A stretch of DNA of 35,648 nt from Patescibacteria group bacterium (GTDB taxonomy: Bacteria; Patescibacteriota; Minisyncoccia; UBA6257; GWB1-50-10), in NCBI GenBank assembly GCA_038062995.1, contig JBBTVZ010000006.1, forward strand, positions 1 through 35,648, in the 5' to 3' direction. Within the stretch, counting starts at the first letter, position 1. Every line of letters starts with the position of its first letter. The notes under the pieces were generated by a model that had not been told where the DNA came from, ran no database searches, and was given only the letters and a program-made list of their open reading frames with translations. This document shows, piece by piece, positions 23,217 through 30,643 of the stretch. The position numbers and the translations under genes are program-made.

Positions 23217-23561
23217 ATGTCACGTGTAAAACGCGGAAAAACATCAAATAAGAAACGCGCGAGTATACTAAAACTCACAAAGGGGTTTAAATGGGGGCGA
23301 AAATCAAAAGAGCGCGCCGCAAAAGAAGCGCTTCTCCACGCGCTTCCCCGCATGTTCCGCGGAAGAAAAGAAAAGAAACGCGAGTATCGCGCGCTTTGGA
23401 ATGTAAAAATAAACGCGGGAGCGAGAGAAGAAGGCATGACATACGGCAATTTTATAAGCGCTCTCAAAAAACAAAACATTCGCCTTGATAGAAAAATTCT
23501 CGCCGGTCTCGCCGAGCACGAACCTAAAGTTTTTAAAAAAATAATCGAGTTTATAAAATAA
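23217..23561 (+). CDS. rplT: 50S ribosomal protein L20
   Basis: MSRVKRGKTSNKKRASILKLTKGF.GR....RAAKEA and YRALWNVKINAGAREEGMTYGNFI are classic L20 blocks. Confidence 0.92.
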   Translation: MSRVKRGKTSNKKRASILKLTKGFKWGRKSKERAAKEALLHALPRMFRGRKEKKREYRALWNVKINAGAREEGMTYGNFISALKKQNIRLDRKILAGLAEHEPKVFKKIIEFIK

Positions 23562-23562
23562 A

Positions 23563-23597
23563 AACCGCTCCGATGTTATATCGAAGCGGTTTTTATT
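23563..23597. terminator. Bidirectional terminator between rplT and the convergent Nudix gene
   Basis: AACCGCTCCGA-TGTTATA-TCGAAGCGGTT (10 of 11 bp) flanked by A and T runs. Confidence 0.65.
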
Positions 23598-24087
23598 TGC
23601 CTAGAGCCGGCTTAGGTTGCGCAAGAACTAGCCCGCGTTTGCGCCTGCGCAGAATGACATCGTGTATGTATTTCAAATGCCTTTGGAGATTCGGCGCAGT
23701 GAGCATCTTCACGGCGTCTCTACATAAAAACCATCCGTACCCTTCGTGTCGCTCCCCTTGGTAGCTTTCGCCGACAAGTTTAATGCGTATCTCCTGATTT
23801 CGCGTCTCGGCAAGGTAATACGTAACAGTTTTATAAATTTTCTGCCGGTCGCGGACATACGTGAACCGGTCTTCCACGCGGAACCAGTTTTTGAATTGTA
23901 AATCGCGCGGCCGGAGCCCGGTTTCTTCCCACACTTCGCGGAGCGCTGCGCGGAAACTCCGCTCCCCTTCCTCAAGTTTCCCCTTCGGAAAATTCCAATA
24001 CGTCCCGCCGTTGTAGAGCAATAAAAATTTCGGTCCTTCTTTTGTTGCTCGATAAATTATTATGCCGGCAGAAAATTCTCTGTTCAT
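23593..24087 (-). CDS. NUDIX hydrolase
   Basis: Nudix box GKLEEGERSFRAALREVWEETGL (G.5E.7REU.EE.GU). 164 aa. Confidence 0.85.
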   Translation of the reverse strand: MNREFSAGIIIYRATKEGPKFLLLYNGGTYWNFPKGKLEEGERSFRAALREVWEETGLRPRDLQFKNWFRVEDRFTYVRDRQKIYKTVTYYLAETRNQEIRIKLVGESYQGERHEGYGWFLCRDAVKMLTAPNLQRHLKYIHDVILRRRKRGLVLAQPKPALGK

Positions 24088-24088
24088 G

Positions 24089-24760
24089 TTATTTCTGGAT
24101 ATTCGAAGGAAGATGGTCTACCCTAATCGGTTCATTTGTTGTCTTTTTGGGAAATATAAGATTAGGCAAAGACATAAGAACAAGTGCGCTCGCCAACGAG
24201 AAAACACTGACAAGAATATAAACAGCGGAAAAGCCGATATAATTTGCTATCGTACCGCCGACAAGAGCCGTGATTCCGGAAGCGATGCCAAGCGAAGTGC
24301 TGTCAAGCGACCAATCAAACGCAAAACGGTCTTTGTCCAAATGCCGTGAAAAAATAGAATACCACGAAGGAATATATAATCCAAAGGAAACGCCCTGCAG
24401 AAACATCACGATAAAAAGCCATGTGACGGAGTCGACGAGTAAAAACGCCATAGCCGTAAATCCGGCAAGTATAAGGCTTGTAATTAGCGCGTAAAAATCG
24501 TCCCTTTCGCCTTCGTGCTTATCCAGATACAGCGACACGGGAATTTGAACAATTGATTTTACAATCCAATAAACGGCGGACGTAGCGCCAATGGTCACTA
24601 GGCTGATTCCGGGAATTCGTTCAATCAAAAAAACAGCGAATATCGGGCTGATAAGGCCCCATCCGCCAAAAAGAAACAGGTCCGCGAGAACAAAGTGGCG
24701 CACCACCCTATTAACCTTAAACCTTCCAAAATCAAAATGTATATTGAACTGCATGTTCAC
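24089..24760 (-). CDS. Half-size (6-TM) MFS-like transporter protein
   Basis: 223 aa with about six hydrophobic helices and MFS-like loop features. No second six-helix half is encoded on either side. Confidence 0.5.
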   Translation of the reverse strand: MNMQFNIHFDFGRFKVNRVVRHFVLADLFLFGGWGLISPIFAVFLIERIPGISLVTIGATSAVYWIVKSIVQIPVSLYLDKHEGERDDFYALITSLILAGFTAMAFLLVDSVTWLFIVMFLQGVSFGLYIPSWYSIFSRHLDKDRFAFDWSLDSTSLGIASGITALVGGTIANYIGFSAVYILVSVFSLASALVLMSLPNLIFPKKTTNEPIRVDHLPSNIQK

Positions 24761-24787
24761 AAATATAACACGCGTTTCATGGCTTTA

Positions 24788-27289
24788 CTACCGCATTGTT
24801 TTTCTCCATATGAAATCGCCGTCCCGAAAAAGCAGCATAAGCGTGTCGCCTCTTCCGATTTCTTTCCGCAATATTTTTTCAGCAAGCGCGCTTCGTATTT
24901 TCTCTGATATAACCTGCCTCAATGGGCGCGCGCCAAACACCGGACTGTATCCCAACTCGGAAATGCGCTGAAGCGCGGCATCATCAATCCCCAACTCAAT
25001 GCCGTGAGTTTCCCGAAGCGCCGTGACCACCTCGTTTACAAGTATTCTCGCGACGGCAAAAATTTCCTCCTGCTTCAAATTCCTAAAAACGATTATTTCC
25101 GAAAAACGGTTAAGAAGTTCCGGTTTGAAATAGTCAGTCAATTTTTTCTTTAATTCCTCGCCAACTTCTTCAATCTGCCTTCCTTTTTCCACTTCCGTCT
25201 TAATAAATTCCGAGTGCGCGTTTGATGTCGCGATAATAATCGTGTTTTCAAAATTCACCGTCCGGCCAAGTCCGTCGGTAAGCCGTCCATCGTCAAACAC
25301 CTGTAGAAATAAATTTAAAATATCCGGATGCGCTTTTTCAAACTCATCAAGAAGCACCATGCTGTAGGGATTCGCGAGAATGGTGTCGGTAAGCGCGCCG
25401 GTCCGCTCGCCATCGGGCGTTCCGATTAAACTGAATATACTCTGCTTATCCTGATACTCCGACATGTCGAAGCGGCGGATTGCGTCGCGTGTTCCAAACT
25501 GTACCTCGGTTAATATCTTCGCCAACTCGGTTTTTCCGACGCCGGTCGGACCGACAAAAAGAAACACGGCTATTGGACCGCCCTTTCTTGAAAGCCCGCT
25601 TCTATATTCCCGTAAGGCGCTCGAAACCGCTTTGACCGCGGCATCCTGATTAATAAGCCGCTTATGAATAATCTCTTCAAGGTTTAAAAGTTTCTCTGTT
25701 TCCGCCCCTCCGGCTCTTTGAATCGGAATCTTGCTTTGTTCCTCCGCGATTTCCGCGATAAGGTCGTAATCAACCAAGTCAAGTTTCCGTTCCTGCGCAC
25801 GTGAAAACGCCTGCTTTAAAATATCCAGCGCGCTCCCGGGCAATTGCAAGTTCGGAAAATATCGGTGCGCGATTTGAACCGCTCCGCGAATTGCCTGAAG
25901 CATCACAAATATTCCAAACTGCCTTTCTAGAATAAGGCTTGTGTGGATTAAAAAACGCGTCGCTTCTTCTTCAGTAATTTCTTCAACTCGCACAACCTGA
26001 AACTGGTCAAGAAAATCCGTCCGCGGTTCTATATATTGTTTGAACTCGCGCGGATATGTTTCGCCGATTGTTGGAATCGCCTCGGATTTTATAATCGGCA
26101 AAAGAATATCTATCGCGTTAATTCCCTTGGCCTGCGCTGTCCTGAAAAAATTATGAATGTCGGGAATAAAAAGAACAATGTTTTGAGCGAGAAAAATTTC
26201 CTCCACTATTTTCCTCAACCTTGAAGCCAAAATTTCCATAGACGCCTCGGCGATAAGACCGCCGACGTCAAGCGAGACAAGCCGCTTGTCAAAAAGCACT
26301 GGAGGAACTTTGTCTTTTATTATATTGAACGCGAGGTGCGCCATAATGGTTGATTTTCCGGAACCCGGCTCGCCGACAAGAATGGCGTTCGGCTTCCCGG
26401 CGCGCGAAATTAACTGCGTAAGCATCTCATATTCTTTTTTGTGCCCGATAAGAAACCCGACTTTCTCTTCGCGCGCGAGGTCGGTAAGGTCAGCGCTATA
26501 CGAATCAAGTATCGGAGTCGGACGCGACGTCCACGCGCGATTCATAATTCTGTGGCGTAAAAATCTTGGCTGGTGCGCAAATCCTCCCAATACGGCCGGA
26601 ATCCTCCGTATTCTGGAAAACATCCCGCTCCATTTTGCGAATATTACGGCTTCCTGAACGTCTTCCGGAGAAAGATTGATAATCTCAAAAAATTTTCTTG
26701 CAATCGGGTCGCCCGCCGCGAATATGGACGCGAACATATTTCTCGGCTCTATAAAACGTTCTCCGCTTATTTGCGCGCTTCGAAACGCCCCGCGCATGAA
26801 AATTTCAGCGTGAAGCATAAGTTCGTCGCGCGAAAGCGATTGCGCCAAAATATCCGCTTTATATTCCTCAAGTTTTTTAAGCAAATCATCAGCCGTAAGG
26901 CCTAATCTGCGCGCGGCTTCGCGCACGTCTCTCCGCGCCATAAGTTCTTGGAATAAAGCGAGATAAAAGTTTTCTCCGCGCAAAAGCGATTTTCTGAAAG
27001 TTGAGCTCAAAATTCTGTAGCTCTTTGGGGTTAGGGATTCCGCTGTATTCCCGCTCCCCTCCTCAACTTCATTTATCGTCCTCTCGCCTTCGCCGATATG
27101 CATTGTCCGGTCTATGAGAAAAAATAAAAACATAATGCCAAGCCCTTCAAGAAGCGCGCTTTCAAAAGTGAGGAGGAAAATGGAAAAAAGGAAAAAAACT
27201 ATGTAAAAAGCGGAGGCGGAAAAATGCACAAAAAGCTCGCCGAATCTTGATAGCGATAACTTTGACTCCTTGAATGAAAGCGGTTTCAT
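24788..27289 (-). CDS. Membrane-anchored Clp/Hsp100-family double AAA+ ATPase
   Basis: 833 aa. N-terminal hydrophobic helices (FYIVFFLFSIFLLTF, LGIMFLFFLI), two Clp_N-like repeats, NBD1 Walker A GEPGSGKST, NBD2 Walker A GPTGVGKTE with Walker B MVLLDEFEKAH, and sensor-2 GARPLRQ. Confidence 0.85.
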   Translation of the reverse strand: MKPLSFKESKLSLSRFGELFVHFSASAFYIVFFLFSIFLLTFESALLEGLGIMFLFFLIDRTMHIGEGERTINEVEEGSGNTAESLTPKSYRILSSTFRKSLLRGENFYLALFQELMARRDVREAARRLGLTADDLLKKLEEYKADILAQSLSRDELMLHAEIFMRGAFRSAQISGERFIEPRNMFASIFAAGDPIARKFFEIINLSPEDVQEAVIFAKWSGMFSRIRRIPAVLGGFAHQPRFLRHRIMNRAWTSRPTPILDSYSADLTDLAREEKVGFLIGHKKEYEMLTQLISRAGKPNAILVGEPGSGKSTIMAHLAFNIIKDKVPPVLFDKRLVSLDVGGLIAEASMEILASRLRKIVEEIFLAQNIVLFIPDIHNFFRTAQAKGINAIDILLPIIKSEAIPTIGETYPREFKQYIEPRTDFLDQFQVVRVEEITEEEATRFLIHTSLILERQFGIFVMLQAIRGAVQIAHRYFPNLQLPGSALDILKQAFSRAQERKLDLVDYDLIAEIAEEQSKIPIQRAGGAETEKLLNLEEIIHKRLINQDAAVKAVSSALREYRSGLSRKGGPIAVFLFVGPTGVGKTELAKILTEVQFGTRDAIRRFDMSEYQDKQSIFSLIGTPDGERTGALTDTILANPYSMVLLDEFEKAHPDILNLFLQVFDDGRLTDGLGRTVNFENTIIIATSNAHSEFIKTEVEKGRQIEEVGEELKKKLTDYFKPELLNRFSEIIVFRNLKQEEIFAVARILVNEVVTALRETHGIELGIDDAALQRISELGYSPVFGARPLRQVISEKIRSALAEKILRKEIGRGDTLMLLFRDGDFIWRKTMR

Positions 27290-27307
27290 GGTTCGGTTGG
27301 TTAGCTG

Positions 27308-27709
27308 TTAAAATAGGTAGTTGATAAAAGGGCGGAGTATGAGATAGGGCGGAATAATAACCCATATCGCGTACAAAATAACAGCGATGAAAAACATAAC
27401 CGCGTATATGATAAGCGCGACAATGAGCCGTAAAATACGGAAAATAAATCCTAGCGCGTAACCGATTATAGTGTAATCGCCATAGAGCGGATGAAAAATA
27501 AAATGGAGCGTCACTTTCCAGGCAAAGTACCGGTCAACTGCCTGAAAAATATTAATAACGAAATTCAGATAAATCCTAACGCTCTTTATATACCAGTGCC
27601 TGAAAAATTCAATAATTCTGTAGATAAAGCGGTTAGCAATATATGAAATTGCTGTCATTACTTCAATTATACATTTTGAAACAAAGGAATACGAGGCGCA
27701 TAAATCCAA
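27308..27709 (-). CDS. Hypothetical multi-pass membrane protein, 18 nt upstream of the Clp ATPase gene
   Basis: 133-aa ORF with a TTG start. The first ATG (M18, 27658) is preceded by TGTATAAT-7 nt, so a leaderless start there is possible. Confidence 0.5.
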   Translation of the reverse strand: MDLCASYSFVSKCIIEVMTAISYIANRFIYRIIEFFRHWYIKSVRIYLNFVINIFQAVDRYFAWKVTLHFIFHPLYGDYTIIGYALGFIFRILRLIVALIIYAVMFFIAVILYAIWVIIPPYLILRPFINYLF

Positions 27710-27775
27710 ATGACAAAATCCCTGCCTGCCGGCAGGCAGGCAAATTTCAAATCAAGCCCAAAGTTCAAATGTCTG
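27701..27775. repeat. Perfect 20-bp palindrome flanked by CAAAT/ATTTG-rich heptad-like repeats (probable terminator of the udg gene plus a repeat element)
   Basis: CCTGCCTGCC GGCAGGCAGG (27721-27740) lies between ..CAAATGACAAAATC and CAAATTTCAAATCAAGCCCAAAGTTCAAATG. This is the same architecture as the ileS-internal element at 13794-13837, in the opposite orientation. Confidence 0.65.
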
Positions 27776-27808
27776 AAATTTTAGTCATTTGAGCTTTCTG
27801 CCTATTGA

Positions 27809-27840
27809 TTTGGCATTTGATATTTGGGTTTTGAATTTTC
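27809..27840. repeat. Five TTTG-phased heptamers overlapping the udg stop codon
   Basis: TTTG occurs at 27809, 27816, 27823 and 27830, and TTTC at 27837, an exact 7-nt period. The 12-mer TTTGATATTTGG is identical to 14329-14340. Confidence 0.7.
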
Positions 27841-28465
27841 AAAGCAACCGCTCCTGTTCCTGCTCCAATTCCTTGTTTTTCTCTTCAGTAACATGCGGCG
27901 CGGCAACAAGCTCGTCATATTTCTTTATTATCGCGGGCAGTTTCTTAAAACTTTCCTTAAGAGAATTAAGCGCTCCCGTTCCGCGCAACGCCGCCGCGGG
28001 ATGAAGGAGCGGAACAATGAGTTTATCTTTCATGCGAAAAATTTTCCCCTGGTCGCGCGAGATTTTCGCGTTCGGAAGAAAGTAATTCATTGAAAACCTG
28101 CCTAGTGGAGCAATGATTTTCGGATTGATAATTTGTATCTGTTCCCGCAGGTACGGCTTGTACGCTTCAATTTCTTCCGGCAACGGGTCGCGGTTCTCGG
28201 GAGGCCTGCGTTTCACGATATTAGTAATATAAACATCCTCGCGTTTCCATCCCACGCCCAAAATAAGCTTATCAAGCAATTGCCCAGCGCGCCCTACAAA
28301 GGGCCGTTTCAATTGGTCTTCATAAAACCCGGGAGCTTCGCCGATAAACATCACAGAACAATCAATATTCCCCTCTCCAAACACAAGGTTTCCATCCCGC
28401 AACGGCAAGTTTTCATCTTCCGCTATTCTCTTTTCCAGCTCTTTTAGCGCCTCTGCTTTGTCCAT
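27839..28465 (-). CDS. Uracil-DNA glycosylase, family 4-like
   Basis: VMFIGEAPGFYEDQLKRPFVGRAGQLLDKLI and the HPAAALR block. The N-terminal Cys motif of Fe-S family-4 enzymes is not visible. Confidence 0.8.
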   Translation of the reverse strand: MDKAEALKELEKRIAEDENLPLRDGNLVFGEGNIDCSVMFIGEAPGFYEDQLKRPFVGRAGQLLDKLILGVGWKREDVYITNIVKRRPPENRDPLPEEIEAYKPYLREQIQIINPKIIAPLGRFSMNYFLPNAKISRDQGKIFRMKDKLIVPLLHPAAALRGTGALNSLKESFKKLPAIIKKYDELVAAPHVTEEKNKELEQEQERLL

Positions 28466-28504
28466 TGATTCTGCTTATTCTAGCGAAAATTGAGAGAAAA
28501 TAAA

Positions 28505-28535
28505 AAGCCCTGCATGCCAAGTAAATACAGGGCTT
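28505..28535 (-). terminator. Rho-independent terminator of the small membrane-protein gene
   Basis: Minus strand AAGCCCTG...CAGGGCTT stem followed by TTTTATTTTCTCTC. Confidence 0.6.
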
Positions 28536-28565
28536 AATATTGATTTCTACAAAATGCAATACTGG

Positions 28566-28799
28566 CTATTTTCCAAGACGGAAAATGACAAAATAAAATA
28601 CCGAGAGAAGCGCCGCTCCAGCAACCATATACACGAGCTCGTACAATGAAAATTGCAGGGCGCTATCCGGTTGAAGGCAAAACATATCTTTGATCAACGC
28701 AATTACCGCCATAATGGCTATTCCACAAAAAATGGCTACCACAGCCCTCAGCCCTACATTGCTAGCTCCAAATAAAGCTCGTTCATTATCTCTACTCAT
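28566..28799 (-). CDS. Small 2-TM membrane protein, unknown function
   Basis: I moved the start to the ATG at 28799 (MSRDNERALF...), which is preceded by TAAGGAGGTTATT. The longer listed ORF has no RBS. Confidence 0.55.
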   Translation of the reverse strand: MSRDNERALFGASNVGLRAVVAIFCGIAIMAVIALIKDMFCLQPDSALQFSLYELVYMVAGAALLSVFYFVIFRLGK

Positions 28800-28950
28800 A
28801 ATAACCTCCTTACACAATGAACTTAAAACACACAATCTACTGCCACACAGCATAGAATAAACAACGAATTACGTCAAATGTACCTTACGCTGAGCCTGCC
28901 GAAGCGTGTCCTTGTGGGTACATCTGCTTCGCAGTTCCTCATTTTTAACT

Positions 28951-28978
28951 TTTGATATTTAATCTTTGATATTTATTG
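28951..28978. repeat. Two tandem 14-nt units (TTTGATATTTAATC / TTTGATATTTATTG) abutting the 3' end of tRNA-Arg(CCG)
   Basis: Direct reading, 12 of 14 nt identical between the units. The 10-mer TTTGATATTT is shared with 14329 and 27816. Confidence 0.7.
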
Positions 28979-29050
28979 TGCCCTCGTGAGGAATCGAACC
29001 TCAATTTCCAGCTTCGGAGGCCAGCGTTCTATCCGTTGAACGACGAGGGC
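28979..29050 (-). tRNA. tRNA-Arg (anticodon CCG)
   Basis: Minus strand: acceptor GCCCTCG/CGAGGGC, D arm GTTC..GAAC, anticodon stem CTGGC/GCTGG with loop CTCCGAA, T arm TGAGG-TTCGATT-CCTCA. 72 nt. Confidence 0.9.
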
Positions 29051-29148
29051 CGTTAGAAATTTGTCTAGCGCAGTTTCATCTTATACCCAGCGTACTGAAA
29101 ACGGCAATGTTTTACCTCAAAGTAAATTTGGCAAATTTCTAACGGCCC
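29047..29148. repeat. Perfect 17-bp inverted repeat whose proximal arm includes the first 4 nt of tRNA-Arg(CCG)
   Basis: GGGCCGTTAGAAATTTG (29047-29063) and CAAATTTCTAACGGCCC (29132-29148), separated by a 68-nt spacer that contains the candidate promoter. A competing local palindrome AAATTTG-G-CAAATTT lies at 29124-29138. Confidence 0.75.
29080..29107 (-). promoter_or_regulatory. Candidate promoter of tRNA-Arg(CCG)
   Basis: Minus strand TTGCCG, a 16-nt spacer, then TATAAG, about 30 nt upstream of the tRNA 5' end. Confidence 0.4.
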
Positions 29149-29319
29149 GAGGGTATCTTTACTTTCATGTATATTTCTCCAATTGGTAGACCGATATACT
29201 AGTATGGGGGTGGTCTTCTAATGCAAGTATGGCGCTTCAGTTAACTGAGGCACCGCCACACTGATTACTGATATTGAATGTTATGTGTTGTGCGTGGTTT
29301 GTTATTGGTCTATGTCATT

Positions 29320-29360
29320 AGTTATCCGTTACAAGTTATCTATCGCGAGTTATTAGTTAT
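29320..29360. repeat. Four phased AGTTAT direct repeats (spacing 14, 14 and 7 nt) at the 3' end of the O-antigen-ligase-like gene
   Basis: AGTTAT at 29320, 29334, 29348 and 29355. The last copy overlaps the stop codon. Confidence 0.6.
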
Positions 29361-30643
29361 TTATTATCAGTTGTCCCGAGCACAAGCCCTACCGAAAGCC
29401 ACAACATTAACTGTCCCGCCGGCAAATCCCACGGAAAGTGGTCTATAAGCCCAAAGAAAAGCGACACAGCAAGCATGCCAAGCGCGACTGTGCCCTCGGG
29501 GCTTCGTAAAAGGTTTTTTTTATATCTAAAGAAAATCAAACCAAGAAGCGCGAGAAAAGCCAGAATCCCCTGAATGCCGACTTCTGACGCGATAAGAATA
29601 TAAATATTATGCACCGGCTGCCAGCGCCAATCATTTATAAGTCCTCTCGCTTGATACAGTCCCTCTTGAACACTTACAAGTTCCTGATTCCCTATTCCGA
29701 CACCCAATGGATGTTTCAAAATAAGTTCCGCCCCGATTTTATTGTATATAATTCTGTCATTTACAGAATTTTCTCCGGATGCGAATCCGGCGCGCGGGAT
29801 AATCGCCCAAGAAAGAGCAGTGAATAGTAAGTAGGTTGTAGTGAGTAGAATAAGGAATAGACCGAAAGCGGAACGGCGGTATTCTTTATGCCAAAAGCCC
29901 CACGCAAGCACAAAAAGCGTGACAAGCAACGCAATAATCCACCCCGAGCGCGAAAATGTAAACGCAAGCCCAAAAATGGTTATAAACACCCCGACCGCGG
30001 AATAAATCCTAATCCACGCATGTTTTACATTTCTATCACTATACTTAATATACAAATAGAAAAAACTTAAAAGTCCGAGAATAAGAAACGAAGCAAGAAT
30101 ATTCGCGTGCGACATCGTGCCATACGCGCGAAGATATTTCACCCCTTCAATTGTGACGCGCGCGACGTTTGGCGTTGTTATATTAATCACCGACTCTCCA
30201 AGTATCCATAAACCGATACTTTTCCCGTACAAAAACTGGAGAAAACCGACAATGGACTGCAATATCGCCGATATTCCTATCGCGAAACAAATATATTCAA
30301 AAAGTTTCCGCGTTCGTGAAAGCGAAACTCCGACAACTAACGCGAATAAAATATACAAAGTAAGACGCGCGAATCGGTAAAGCGCGAGCTCCGGATAAAA
30401 AGCGAGAAGTACGGATAAGCTTGCAAAAAACCAAAAAACAAACGCAGACAGTTTCACAGAAATCGGAACAAGATGGAATTTTCGGATAGCGAAAAAAAAC
30501 GATATAAGAAACAAAATGAGAAGAATATCCGTGCCGTAAAGGAATATCGCGTGATATTCATCTACGCTCGGAGTAAATGAATACAAAAACTTCTTCGTTC
30601 CAAAAGGGATTAAAAACGCAAGTAATATTAGAAACGCGTTCAT
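29357..30643 (-). CDS. O-antigen ligase / Wzy_C-family polytopic membrane protein
   Basis: 428 aa with more than 10 TM helices. TFSRSGWIIALLV and the HNIYILIASEVGIQG block (H..Y...L.E.G..G) are typical of the family. Confidence 0.7.
   Translation of the reverse strand: MNAFLILLAFLIPFGTKKFLYSFTPSVDEYHAIFLYGTDILLILFLISFFFAIRKFHLVPISVKLSAFVFWFFASLSVLLAFYPELALYRFARLTLYILFALVVGVSLSRTRKLFEYICFAIGISAILQSIVGFLQFLYGKSIGLWILGESVINITTPNVARVTIEGVKYLRAYGTMSHANILASFLILGLLSFFYLYIKYSDRNVKHAWIRIYSAVGVFITIFGLAFTFSRSGWIIALLVTLFVLAWGFWHKEYRRSAFGLFLILLTTTYLLFTALSWAIIPRAGFASGENSVNDRIIYNKIGAELILKHPLGVGIGNQELVSVQEGLYQARGLINDWRWQPVHNIYILIASEVGIQGILAFLALLGLIFFRYKKNLLRSPEGTVALGMLAVSLFFGLIDHFPWDLPAGQLMLWLSVGLVLGTTDNK

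Noticed and set aside
24062-24971. Plus-strand ORFs (95, 74, 126 and 70 aa) across the Nudix / MFS / Clp junctions
   Set aside because: They are antisense to three contiguous minus-strand genes with clear motifs or TM patterns, and they have no independent signals.
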